Counted from the stretch's first letter, positions 52,559 through 62,067 are shown. The stretch: DNA of 64,000 bases from Candidatus Freyarchaeum deiterrae (GCA_037305845.1 CP147778.1:1440001-1504000); one strand, 5' to 3'. Numbers and translations: made by a program. The notes: generated by a model from the sequence alone, not told the origin.

Positions 52559-53139
52559 AGTAACTTCCCTTCTAGGAGTATTATCATAATTGATTAGCAT
52601 AAGATGAGAACGAGATAATATTCACCTTACTGCTATGCAGAATAAGCGATTACTTACTTAAACTTAAATTTTACGCATCCAGATTCAGAATATAGCTTTG
52701 AAACATTGTTTTATACTAATTTTTTACCAAAAATATCAATTTTATTTAATTCAACTCACTTTTCTTAATCGAGTTTTATTTTAATCTGTTTTGTACGCTT
52801 CTTTGACTGCTAAGGAAATAAAAAATTTTTGGCGTTTATCTTCGTTGTAACCTCGAATTCCAGTAGAAACTCATGAGAAGAACTGTAGAAATCCCAAAAA
52901 ATGGAAAAGATTGAAGAAAGATCATAAGAGACTATCCCCCTATCTTTTAGGGAATGAAACTTTCTTGTCTAAATCGTTTTAATATACAATTTATATATAT
53001 ACTTAGAAAGCAATAATTAAATCTGAATAGTATCTTAAGTCAATGCAATATATTGAAAACCTGTTTAATCCAAAATATGGAATTTGTTTCAGATATGAAT
53101 GCCCTTAATAGGACTGAAATGTTAAAGGAGGCCCACTGC

Positions 53140-53733
53140 ATGGGAGAACAAAAAGATAATGTTTCCAGAATTTACGAGGAACTTTCTGCGCTAAAAAGTA
53201 TTATGGATGATTTTGCAAAGGTTGTTGCCTCTGTTTTTAATGAAATTAAAGCCAGTATTTCGGATATTCAGGCAAACACTCAAGCTTTACAGAAGAGCAT
53301 TCAAAACTTGCAATCTGCGCTTCCACAGCAAATACGAGACTCTTTACAAACAGATCTAAACAATTTAAAAGAAGCTGTTCAATCTGCCTCAGTAAGTGCC
53401 CCACCACCTACTTCAGCCTATGCAGCTCCGGCTGCGGGGGATACTGCTTCGTCCAGAGTTGCCTACTCTGGAGCGGGTTTAAGACGCCCCGCTGACGCGT
53501 TCATGCCGTTAATTGAAGCTTTGGAAATGAGATCATCAGCTGTGGAGATTGCTGGGAAGTTGGAAGAAGCAAGAGACACACTGCAGTCCCGTTACCCTTC
53601 AAATCCAGCATTCTATGAAATCACGAAGATAGTAAAACAACTGAGGAGCAAGGGAAGCGCCAAACTGGATCGAAGTGCAACAAATGAATTAATGAAAATG
53701 ACAGAAGAGTGGAGCGGAAGAATAGTCAAGTAA
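53140..53733 (+). CDS. Hypothetical coiled-coil protein with Pro/Ala linker and C-terminal helical bundle
   Basis: AGGAGG SD before ATG 53140; heptad pattern. Confidence 0.75.
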   Translation: MGEQKDNVSRIYEELSALKSIMDDFAKVVASVFNEIKASISDIQANTQALQKSIQNLQSALPQQIRDSLQTDLNNLKEAVQSASVSAPPPTSAYAAPAAGDTASSRVAYSGAGLRRPADAFMPLIEALEMRSSAVEIAGKLEEARDTLQSRYPSNPAFYEITKIVKQLRSKGSAKLDRSATNELMKMTEEWSGRIVK

Positions 53734-53996
53734 TCTCATATCCTTTAAAAATATATAAAAAAACCTTTGTAAACTGATCTTAGAGTCTAATAAAAATTTT
53801 CTTAAAAAATGATAAGAAAAATTTTATATTTAACTACCCCATTCTACCCGTAACAAATATTAATTTAAATGTTATAGACTAGATGTTCATCAACATGAAT
53901 TCGATTAACGTTTTGCTAGGTCCAGAAATGGAGTATAATTAGCAACAGAAGCATCATTGCGAATGGTCTCACTAAAAACCTAAAGAAGGAAAGAAC

Positions 53997-54572
53997 ATGG
54001 TTAAAACAGCTTATTCAAAATTAGAAGTGGAAATCCCCACAAATGTCAATGTACAATTGAAAGACATGGTTGTAGACGTAAGTGGGCCGTTGGGATCCAC
54101 AAGCAGAGATTTTTCACACGCTAGGAATATAAGAATCTCGAAAATGGATAACAAAATTATTTTAGAAACGTCTTACCCGGATAAAAAGAAATTAGCATTA
54201 CTTGGTACAATAAAAAGCCACATAGTAAACATGATAGATGGTGTAACCCGTAAATTTAGATATGAAATGAAAATAGTCTACGCTCACTTCCCGATAACCG
54301 TTGAATACGAGTCCGCAAAAAACACATTACTGATAAAAAATTTCCTAGGTGAAAGAAGCCCCAGAAAGGCGAGTGTACTATCGGGAGTAGATGTTCGAGC
54401 TGCTGGTGATAACGTTACCCTTGAAGGTGTAGATAACGAAAGGGTTGGACAAACTGCAGCTAATATCCAAAAAGCTACCAAAATAAGAAAAAAGGATCCG
54501 AGGGTTTTCGGTGACGGTATTTACGTATATAGGAAATATATTGGCGACAAACTTGAGTGGAAAATACTTTAA
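53997..54572 (+). CDS. rpl6: Ribosomal protein L6 (opposite strand to its operon)
   Basis: GPLG, HFP, NFLGE, GQTAANI, D.RVF.DGIY. Confidence 0.97.
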   Translation: MVKTAYSKLEVEIPTNVNVQLKDMVVDVSGPLGSTSRDFSHARNIRISKMDNKIILETSYPDKKKLALLGTIKSHIVNMIDGVTRKFRYEMKIVYAHFPITVEYESAKNTLLIKNFLGERSPRKASVLSGVDVRAAGDNVTLEGVDNERVGQTAANIQKATKIRKKDPRVFGDGIYVYRKYIGDKLEWKIL

Positions 54573-54646
54573 ATTTATTTATTGTTTTTTAATTTAATAT
54601 TTTTAACAAGATTTATTATTTTCTAAATATACCATTAAAAATTAGT

Positions 54647-54676
54647 GCCCTGCTAAAGGGCTTTATTTTTATTTTT
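54647..54676. terminator. Short hairpin plus T tracts between convergent rpl6 and rps8
   Basis: GCCCT-GCTAA-AGGGC then TTTATTTTTATTTTT. Confidence 0.4.
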
Positions 54677-55078
54677 TTAATACACGTATGCGATTAGTCT
54701 ACCGCCTGTTTTTTGGGTTTTTGCCTCGTAGTGTGACATAACCCCATTTGGAGTTGACACTATTAGTACTCCAAAGTCTGGAGCGGGTAGATACTGAAAT
54801 TCCATTTTTTCGAAGTCTTTGTTTTTTACTGGGAATCGAGGTTTTATTACTCCACATTTATTTATTCTTCCAAGAAGTTGGACTCGGAATTTGCCGGCAC
54901 GCCCGTCATCTATGTACTCAAACTCCCCGATGTATCCCTGTTTTTGCATTACTCGGAGGACGCTTCCAATAAGTTTGGAAGCGATATTTATAGTCACTTC
55001 CCTTTTTCCTACGCTTTCACTATTACTTATGCTACAAAGGGCGCCCGCGACTGGATCATTTCTAGTCAAGCATTCCAC
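54677..55078 (-). CDS. rps8: Ribosomal protein S8
   Basis: [36 protein letters not shown]. Confidence 0.98.
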   Translation of the reverse strand: MECLTRNDPVAGALCSISNSESVGKREVTINIASKLIGSVLRVMQKQGYIGEFEYIDDGRAGKFRVQLLGRINKCGVIKPRFPVKNKDFEKMEFQYLPAPDFGVLIVSTPNGVMSHYEAKTQKTGGRLIAYVY

Positions 55079-55087
55079 CTCTTATAT

Positions 55088-55234
55088 TCAATTATACTTT
55101 TTGAAGCCAATTTGTACAGCCTTTTCTCTGAAGCATCTTCTGCAAATATACAAGTTGTATCGCCTTATTATAGCTCTGTGGGTGCCACAGACTTTGCAAA
55201 CACGGCTGCCTCTACCAAATTTTTTCTTTGACAT
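55088..55234 (-). CDS. rps14: Ribosomal protein S14 (Zn type), 48 aa
   Basis: Not in ORF track; [17 protein letters not shown]...ICRRCFRE...GFKKYN. Confidence 0.96.
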   Translation of the reverse strand: MSKKKFGRGSRVCKVCGTHRAIIRRYNLYICRRCFREKAVQIGFKKYN

Positions 55235-55237
55235 GAT

Positions 55238-55813
55238 CTAATAGCTCTCCTCTTGCTCTTCTTTGAAGGAAACCCCGAACTCTTCTTCCATGAAAGTTAT
55301 TGTTTCCTCTTTAGTTACTTGATGTGAATGAGGAATCCTTCTACGCAAAAGTCTCCTTCTTTTAACCCTATATCCTGGGCGTTGCATAGCGACACAGATA
55401 TCCATACCGAATATACCTAGTTGTGGATCGTATCGAACTCCGGGAATCTCTATGTGCTCGGTGAGCCCAAAGGAGAAGTTTCCCATATTATCTATGGAGT
55501 TGGGGTCAAGCTTCATTTCCACGACTTCCAAAACTTTTCTTAAGAATTCTTTGGCCTTTTCGCCCCTAAGAGTTACCTTGCATGATATGGGTTCCCCTTT
55601 TCTTAATCCCCAGTCACGAATAGTTTTCTTAGATTTACATTGTACTGGTTTTTGTCCTGTTAAGCTTTCTAATACAGTGTTGGCTTTGACCAGTTTTTCT
55701 CCGCTACTACCTACCGCTAGATTGACCACTACTTTCTCAATGCGTGGTTTTCGCATCGGATATTCTACCCAATGTTTTAAAATTTGCTCTTTATCAATCG
55801 TCTCTTCGCTCAA
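55238..55813 (-). CDS. rpl5: Ribosomal protein L5
   Basis: IEKVVVN, TGQKP, KVTLRG, GNFSFG..EHI, GIFGMD. Confidence 0.98.
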   Translation of the reverse strand: MSEETIDKEQILKHWVEYPMRKPRIEKVVVNLAVGSSGEKLVKANTVLESLTGQKPVQCKSKKTIRDWGLRKGEPISCKVTLRGEKAKEFLRKVLEVVEMKLDPNSIDNMGNFSFGLTEHIEIPGVRYDPQLGIFGMDICVAMQRPGYRVKRRRLLRRRIPHSHQVTKEETITFMEEEFGVSFKEEQEESY

Positions 55814-55817
55814 AGTA

Positions 55818-56588
55818 TTAACTCTCCAGTGCTTTTTCTACAAGTTGAATTTCGGGTTTGCTTTCTCCCACAGGGAACACATAATCTAATGCGGTTTCGA
55901 AGATAGTACCATCCGGTGCTTCTAATGAAACCACGCTGGCGTGGGGCCCAAAACGTGGGATTATTTCCTTTATTTTTCCCTGAAATCCCATATTTTTGCC
56001 AGCAATTACAATAGCGAAATTCTTCTCCTTAAACGGAATGTGCCCGATTATTTCTTGATCCGGTATAGAAAGTTTTAATGCATCTCGTGTTTTATAGGGG
56101 ACTAACTCACTGGGAGATGCTTTGGGATTTTCCGTTCGGATTAGTATATTGCGTCCATCATGTAGATTTATTTGCAAATGGCCTCCCTTGACAGTGACCT
56201 TATTTGTTATTTGGCATAGTTTATAAGAGGCTTCTTCATTTCCAATGGGAATAGGTCTCAATCCCTTTTTCGATACGGGTAGTATACGATAAAATTGGTT
56301 TAGTTTGGGAATTTCAATTACATCCATCAGACCGACAGGAAACCTGTGGTCACGTCTAACTTGCCCATCAACCTTTATGTTTCCCTCTGAAAGGATAAGT
56401 TTCGCCTCACTAGATGTGTTACTGTATTGCAGAATTTCGCGAATCAGTATCATGAGAGGTAAACTTTCACTAGCACTATGTGGTCCTGCCCTAGGTTTGA
56501 CAACCCACTTGGTTTCCTTTCTGTGAATTGGCCATATTTTTGGCGCTGATATTCTTTTCTGCTGTTTTCTTCCACCATGTTTACCCAA
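55818..56588 (-). CDS. rps4e: Ribosomal protein S4e
   Basis: KR..AP..W, P..GPH, FPVGLMDV, LHDGRN. Confidence 0.97.
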   Translation of the reverse strand: MGKHGGRKQQKRISAPKIWPIHRKETKWVVKPRAGPHSASESLPLMILIREILQYSNTSSEAKLILSEGNIKVDGQVRRDHRFPVGLMDVIEIPKLNQFYRILPVSKKGLRPIPIGNEEASYKLCQITNKVTVKGGHLQINLHDGRNILIRTENPKASPSELVPYKTRDALKLSIPDQEIIGHIPFKEKNFAIVIAGKNMGFQGKIKEIIPRFGPHASVVSLEAPDGTIFETALDYVFPVGESKPEIQLVEKALES

Positions 56589-56589
56589 A

Positions 56590-56964
56590 CTAATCTACCT
56601 CTGCGGCTCCTGTTTTTCGTTTAATAATCTCTTTTCTTCTTTTGTCGTCTAGTTTAAGTTTGCCAATCATTACCTTGGAAGGGTGTATAGGATAAAAAAT
56701 CGTTTTGCCATCAGCTTTTTCTATGGTGGCTCCGGCTATCTGCACTCGATAGTTTTTTGTATCAATCTTTTCTATTTTGCCTTCCAAACCAGAGTATGAA
56801 CCAGACGTGACGACAACTTCGTCCTCTTTACGGAGAGGCATAGAAGTTATTCCGTATTTTGCTTTCAAATCTGGCGTCAAGGCTGCACTAACAGTTTTTC
56901 TCCTCTTATGAAGAGGAGCTGTGTAAGCCCTTTTTCTTTGGGTTCTTGGTTTTTTCGATTTCAC
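56590..56964 (-). CDS. rpl24: Ribosomal protein L24
   Basis: PR.QRK..Y.APLH, IHPSKV.I. Confidence 0.96.
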   Translation of the reverse strand: MKSKKPRTQRKRAYTAPLHKRRKTVSAALTPDLKAKYGITSMPLRKEDEVVVTSGSYSGLEGKIEKIDTKNYRVQIAGATIEKADGKTIFYPIHPSKVMIGKLKLDDKRRKEIIKRKTGAAEVD

Positions 56965-56986
56965 TGCCTTTAACTTCCTATAAGCT

Positions 56987-57412
56987 TTATACGATCATGC
57001 TTGCGACACCAGCCAAGCGTGACCAACGCTCCGCAGCCTCTTTAGCGATTGGCCCTCTAATTTCTGTGCCTTTAGGTTGACCATCTGGGCTGGTTATTAC
57101 TGCAGCGTTATCTTCGAATTGTACCCAATCACCATTTGGTCTGCGGAATGGTTTCTTTTGTCTTACAACTATTGCTCTTAATACCTGCCGCCGCATGTCA
57201 GGAGTTCCCTTCTTAACTGAGACCACGGTCATATCGCCAACTGTAGCAGCGGGTAACCTATTCAGTCGCCCCTTATATCCGATTACGTCAATTATTTCCA
57301 CTATCTTTGCGCCAGAATTATCAGCGCAAGGTACTTTTGCACCTACGTTTAATCCTCTAGATAGATCGGGAATGAATAATGCGCCTACTTTTCCACGGCC
57401 TCTTTTAGGCAT
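56987..57412 (-). CDS. rpl14: Ribosomal protein L14
   Basis: [24 protein letters not shown]. Confidence 0.98.
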   Translation of the reverse strand: MPKRGRGKVGALFIPDLSRGLNVGAKVPCADNSGAKIVEIIDVIGYKGRLNRLPAATVGDMTVVSVKKGTPDMRRQVLRAIVVRQKKPFRRPNGDWVQFEDNAAVITSPDGQPKGTEIRGPIAKEAAERWSRLAGVASMIV

Positions 57413-57742
57413 TTATTTTTCCTCCTTTTTCTCTACAACTATAAATGAAACCGTTTTGCTTATTCGGCGGCACTCCATAAATTTCACTAAATCTCCAACT
57501 TTAACATCAATACAAGGAGGTTTGTGAGCGGGAGTGTGTGAATGTCTACGTTCATATCTATGGAACTTTCTAATATACCAGAGATAATCACGTCTGACTA
57601 TTACGGTGTCTTTCATCTTATCCGTGACGACTAACCCCTCGAAAAGCCTTCCTCGGACTGATATTTTCCCGTGGAAAGGACAATGTTCATCATCGCACTT
57701 GTTTTTTGGAGGGGTAACTTCTATTCCTATATTTCTTGACAT
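57413..57742 (-). CDS. rps17: Ribosomal protein S17
   Basis: C.D..CPFHG, RYERR, ECR.ISKT. Confidence 0.98.
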   Translation of the reverse strand: MSRNIGIEVTPPKNKCDDEHCPFHGKISVRGRLFEGLVVTDKMKDTVIVRRDYLWYIRKFHRYERRHSHTPAHKPPCIDVKVGDLVKFMECRRISKTVSFIVVEKKEEK

Positions 57743-57841
57743 TACGATTCCTCTATATTGAGTTCATTTTTTACAAAATCGGTAAGAGCAATAGTCTAAG
57801 TTAACACATATTTTATGGATGAACCGATTTTTCGAGATTAT

Positions 57842-58144
57842 TTAAAAGTTTTGTGGACTTTTAATTTTATATATGTTTTTTGTACGATCCTCCGGTCTTC
57901 CTATGATTTTTTTACCTTCAACTTCTATTGCCGAACCATCGGAAAGTACGAATTCAAAGGTTGATACGCTTTTCGGAATTTTTTTTATCCCGTTACTTTC
58001 TATAACAATTATGTTTTTTGTTTCATCAATAACTATTCCACTAATTAAATAACCTTTGTGTGTACTCTTAACTACTCTAACTGGTAATCCAATTAATTCA
58101 TGGTATATTATGTTTTCCCTTGTTCTTTTTTTTGAAGGTTTCAT
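57842..58144 (-). CDS. rnp1: RNase P protein component 1 (Rpp29)
   Basis: HELIGL, G.VIDET.N, IPK, GRPEDR. Confidence 0.94.
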   Translation of the reverse strand: MKPSKKRTRENIIYHELIGLPVRVVKSTHKGYLISGIVIDETKNIIVIESNGIKKIPKSVSTFEFVLSDGSAIEVEGKKIIGRPEDRTKNIYKIKSPQNF

Positions 58145-58184
58145 ATGTTTTGTTAATTTTCTTGCTTAATAAAAGTTTCAAACA

Positions 58185-58397
58185 CTATTTTTCTTTTTCA
58201 GGTTTTTTCTCATTAGTTACTGTAAGAATTCTTGCTATTGTTCTTCTAATCTCTTTGATTCTACCCGGATTTTCGATTGCACCACCCGAAGCTTGTAAAG
58301 CCCTCTGTGCTAACAGCTCAGATCTGTACTCATCCAGTTTCTTCCCTAGCTCTTCCGGGGTCCATTTTCTAACATCCTTCATTCTGACTACGGGCAT
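58185..58397 (-). CDS. rpl29: Ribosomal protein L29
   Basis: ENPGRI.EIRRTIARILT. Confidence 0.96.
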   Translation of the reverse strand: MPVVRMKDVRKWTPEELGKKLDEYRSELLAQRALQASGGAIENPGRIKEIRRTIARILTVTNEKKPEKEK

Positions 58398-58428
58398 TTC
58401 TATACCTCAATTATATTATTTTTAGATT

Positions 58429-59094
58429 CTACTCCCCGCCTTCCGCGCCTTCTCCCTCTGCTTTTACTTCCGCCTCATGTTCACCCTCAGCAGTCCCCTC
58501 AGGTTCCACAATTTCTATATCATCCGGTAAATGTGAATTGGGAAGCATTATACTGACGTGTACACCAGTTATTCCTGGTTTACTCAAAGCGTGGGCAACG
58601 GCATCGTCAACAAATAGAAGCGCCGGCTCACCAGTTTTTGAAATGAATCCATCCCTAAATTTTTGGTATTTTGCGCGCTGACTTGTAAGTTTTCCACTAA
58701 CCTTTATTTCAACACCCTTGGCACCAGCTGCCATTACTCTTCTAAGAATTGAGTATGCGGCTCTTCTGAAGTGAATTCCTCTTTCCAAGGCGGATGCTAG
58801 ACGTGTTGCCATTACACGGGCATTAAGTTCCGGTTTTTCGATTTCATTAACTTCGATTTGAGGGTTCTCAACTCCAAATTTACTTTCTAAAGCTTCGGTA
58901 AGGTCTCTCACAGTACGTCCTCTTCTTCCAATAACTAAACCGGGACGTGCTGCATGAATTATTACCCGTGTCCCTAGAGCGGTCTTTTGAATATCCACCT
59001 TTCCATACCCAGCCTTCTTAAGCTCATTGGCCAAGTAGTCATCTATTTCCGCCTTTCTTATTCCTCTTTCAATAAAATGATCCTTTGCTGGCAT
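58429..59094 (-). CDS. rps3: Ribosomal protein S3
   Basis: AGY, RPG.VIGRRG, FRRAAY, GA.G.EI.VSGKL. Confidence 0.98.
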   Translation of the reverse strand: MPAKDHFIERGIRKAEIDDYLANELKKAGYGKVDIQKTALGTRVIIHAARPGLVIGRRGRTVRDLTEALESKFGVENPQIEVNEIEKPELNARVMATRLASALERGIHFRRAAYSILRRVMAAGAKGVEIKVSGKLTSQRAKYQKFRDGFISKTGEPALLFVDDAVAHALSKPGITGVHVSIMLPNSHLPDDIEIVEPEGTAEGEHEAEVKAEGEGAEGGE

Positions 59095-59108
59095 TATGCT
59101 CCTTCCAA

Positions 59109-59594
59109 TTACTCTTCAGCTGATATTCTTTCTTCTTCAAGAACAATTTCGACATGAGTTAAATTTCTGTATTTGGGTGATGTTCTTCCAAAAGCACGCG
59201 GCATAGCTCGCTTAATTATGCGTCCGTGTTCAGTCGCCGCATGAATGATACGTAAACTATCGGTGTCCAAGCCCTTGTAGCTTGCAATTCCCTCAACATT
59301 ATCGAGAATTTTTAATATAGCCCGGGCAGCCTTTACGGGATAACCTCCAGTATGCCATTTATGGAGACCCTTGTGATGCGCCCTTAGTTTATTGTATCTC
59401 TTAAAGGGAACCATCTGCTTCATTTCGATGACTGCTTCTAAATATTCCTTTGCGTCATCTAGCATCTTACCCTTGATGCTAAGGCATATTTCGCGTGCAT
59501 GTTTTGGCGAAATTCGAAGATCACGCCCACTGCCTTTCGCAGTACGAGCGGGATCCAGTCCAAACACCGAATATCCAAAGTTAGGCATCCGCAC
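59109..59594 (-). CDS. rpl22: Ribosomal protein L22
   Basis: ISPKH..EI, VPFKR, YPVKA, PRAFGR. Confidence 0.97.
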   Translation of the reverse strand: MRMPNFGYSVFGLDPARTAKGSGRDLRISPKHAREICLSIKGKMLDDAKEYLEAVIEMKQMVPFKRYNKLRAHHKGLHKWHTGGYPVKAARAILKILDNVEGIASYKGLDTDSLRIIHAATEHGRIIKRAMPRAFGRTSPKYRNLTHVEIVLEEERISAEE

Positions 59595-59856
59595 ACACCT
59601 ATATACTCATGTGAGTTATATCCACACTAAGCGACGTATAAAAACGTTTTGCTTTTATAATAATCCGATAGCTTGTAGCAACCAGTTTTAAAGGGTAATC
59701 TAATAATTTTCAAGTTTTTTTATCAGTAAACCTTTTAGACCTTATTTACATATAAAATCAAATGAAGTTTATTTATTGATTCAAGATTAAGTTAATTATT
59801 GCTTAATGTCTTGATTCTTAATTCAACGTGTCTAAAATTGTAATGGAGGAAATGAA

Positions 59857-60288
59857 TTGAGTGGTATTGCAGTTGGTGATTTCTTTAAAGAGCTATCAGC
59901 TCTTCTCGGATCGCGGGTTGAAGTTAACACCGAAATCGGAAAATCTTACAATGGTATCCTCAAAGGATTTGACAGAACCACACTCAGTATAGTATTAGCG
60001 GAAGCTAAGGATAATAAAGGAACTTATTATCACCGCATATTTATACGAGGCGAAAAGATCAATGAAATAATAAAAGCAGAGGAACCCTTTGACATGAAAG
60101 GACTTTATTTTGAACTCAGAAAAAGTTACCCCCCTGGGGAAGTAGAGTTTTTAGAAGACAGCCGAATTATACTTGTTCTAAAGAAGATAAGAGTAACCGA
60201 GGACGGGGTTGAAGGAGAGGGGCCCCTAGCAGACAGGATAAGACAGGTATATGACAAATATATTCAAGAGAAAAAACCAAAGCAGTAA
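59857..60288 (+). CDS. Lsm/Sm-like RNA-binding protein with C-terminal domain (SmAP3-type)
   Basis: Sm1 (GKSY.G.L.GFD..LSIVL) and Sm2 (IFIRGE.I) plus about 65-aa C-domain. Confidence 0.88.
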   Translation: MSGIAVGDFFKELSALLGSRVEVNTEIGKSYNGILKGFDRTTLSIVLAEAKDNKGTYYHRIFIRGEKINEIIKAEEPFDMKGLYFELRKSYPPGEVEFLEDSRIILVLKKIRVTEDGVEGEGPLADRIRQVYDKYIQEKKPKQ

Positions 60289-60389
60289 CCAACCAATTTT
60301 TTCTATTCGTAGCAAAGACACAACAGTAGGGTGAACTTTGGTTCGTATGTAGCATAATGACCCGTTGCAAAAGGTACTCATAGTGTTTT

Positions 60390-60739
60390 CTATTCTACCT
60401 TAAGTGGAAACGTGTAAATTCTACATAGAGCCACTGCTTTCCAAGGGTCCAGCAACCCCTGCTTCTGTTGATAATCTTTTCTTGCCTTTTCTTCCCTCGC
60501 TTCAATGCAACTTTTGCACCGAGGATGCCTCGGATCGATTAGCCCAGCCTGCGGCTGTGTGGCCCTTCACATGAAGCGCAGTGAAGCATTAGAACAGGCA
60601 GATTTTCACTGATTTCTATGCGAAAATACTCGTTGCCATCAAACTCATCCTTAAAATCGGGCCAAATTCCGTAAAGATTCTGAGACTCAAGAACTTCTTT
60701 TAAACGAATGAATATTTTTTCGAAACTCGTCATCTCCAT
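60390..60739 (-). CDS. Hypothetical 2x CxxC protein; two exons (60739-60559, 60538-60390), 109 aa spliced
   Basis: Spliced: ...HCASCEGP-L-DPRHPRCKSCIEARE...WKAVALCRIYTFPLKVE. Confidence 0.8.
60539..60558 (-). other. 20-nt BHB intron in CxxC protein mRNA
   Basis: G GGCC AC|A CAGCC GCA GGCUG GGCU AA|U C; exon-1-frame UAA ends the intron. Confidence 0.82.
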
Positions 60740-60989
60740 ACACCACTCATAATTTCTCGATACTCCTAACTTTTAAAGACAAAAAATTTCTGAGAATTAA
60801 TGGAGGAAGCTCTTTACACTTTGATCATGAGCCTTATCAATTCTTTAAGAGCTCTATCCAAATACCTCCGGTAATTTACTATTCTTGGTTTAGAATTAGT
60901 TTAATTTAAATTCTAGTAATATCTAAGATAGATTCCTCAACGTTTTCCAGATTGTAGACGATACAAAAAGCCCTTGCCGCTTTTTTAAA

Positions 60990-61640
60990 CTATTTTTCTT
61001 TGCAGAATTTTTGGATATATTCAACAGCGTATTCCAATGCTTGATCCAAATCTTTTTCGCTTATTCCAGGAACCCCGCAGGACATTAAAATAATTTTTTG
61101 GGTTTTTAGAGTTATTTTCGTATCGTCAGAATCGCGATAGGGATAAACAGCTACAAGCCGGTTATCATCAGACACAACTATTTCGCCCCCATTGAGACTT
61201 TTTGGTTTCTCCATCCCTATGCCTAGGAACATCTCGCCAACAATTGAAAATCGCATAGTTAAACTGCCAACAACAGTATCCACGTCAAATGCTGCAATTG
61301 GTACTCCGCTCGTTATAGATGCTAAATTGTAGGCGTCAACAGCAGTATTTATCTTTGGAATAGGGTTTTCTTGGAGAATCCGTCTAATTAGAGCCTCAGA
61401 AGCGGGGCGGATTTTTGTGGGGTCGATGCCTATTTTCCAGAAGAAATCCCGGTATTTCCGCATCTTCTCATCATTTTTTAGACTCTCAAGATCGTATTTC
61501 CCTTTTATCTTCGAAAAAACCGATTTTTTGAATTCTTCAAGTTCACTTTTATCCCTCTCTATACGCACCCCATCAACCACCACAATTTTTGCGTTTAAAT
61601 CGGGAAACCTTTCTCTAATCTCTTCGTCGATAACAAGCAT
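60990..61640 (-). CDS. Standalone B3/B4 (PheRS-beta-like tRNA editing) domain protein
   Basis: YRDF.W..GIDPTK.RP.SEAL.RR, IN..VD.YN. Confidence 0.9.
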   Translation of the reverse strand: MLVIDEEIRERFPDLNAKIVVVDGVRIERDKSELEEFKKSVFSKIKGKYDLESLKNDEKMRKYRDFFWKIGIDPTKIRPASEALIRRILQENPIPKINTAVDAYNLASITSGVPIAAFDVDTVVGSLTMRFSIVGEMFLGIGMEKPKSLNGGEIVVSDDNRLVAVYPYRDSDDTKITLKTQKIILMSCGVPGISEKDLDQALEYAVEYIQKFCKEK

Positions 61641-61689
61641 GTTAATCCCCTGCGAGAAAAAGGTAATTAAAAAATTTCAAAAGTTTTAG

Positions 61690-61840
61690 TGGTGGGCAGG
61701 AGAGGAACTTCCGCATATCACAGGAAGTGATACGCTTTTGAACCCCTTTAAGGAACACTTAAACTGTGTTTGACCTCCTGAGCCCAAGTCAGGAATCATA
61801 CCAAGTTTTCCGCTACACATTAGCTCTAGACTACCTGCCC
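61690..61840 (-). tRNA. tRNA-Pro(TGG) with three non-canonical introns: 61806-61825 (15/16), 61748-61771 (48/49), 61707-61736 (59/60); CCA encoded
   Basis: Acceptor GGGCAGG/CCTGCCC-A-CCA; CCTGA-CTTGGGC-TCAGG arm; T arm AGGGG-TTCAAAT-CCTCT after excision; mature 77 nt. Confidence 0.92.
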
Positions 61841-62067
61841 ACTGGACTTTTTACTTTTCTTTGAAAGGGTAGTTAGAATTTTTTGTGGTATGTTTCTATT
61901 CTACGTGAAGTGTTTAAAAAGATTACTTTTATTAAAGCTTACTGAGTGTTTAAGAGTTATATTAAAATGAGAACCTATGGTTAAATTATCGTCAATAGTC
62001 CTTGACATATTAACGGTATAATAAGAATATTACAAATTAAACATTGATTAACTAAGGGGAAGAGTAA

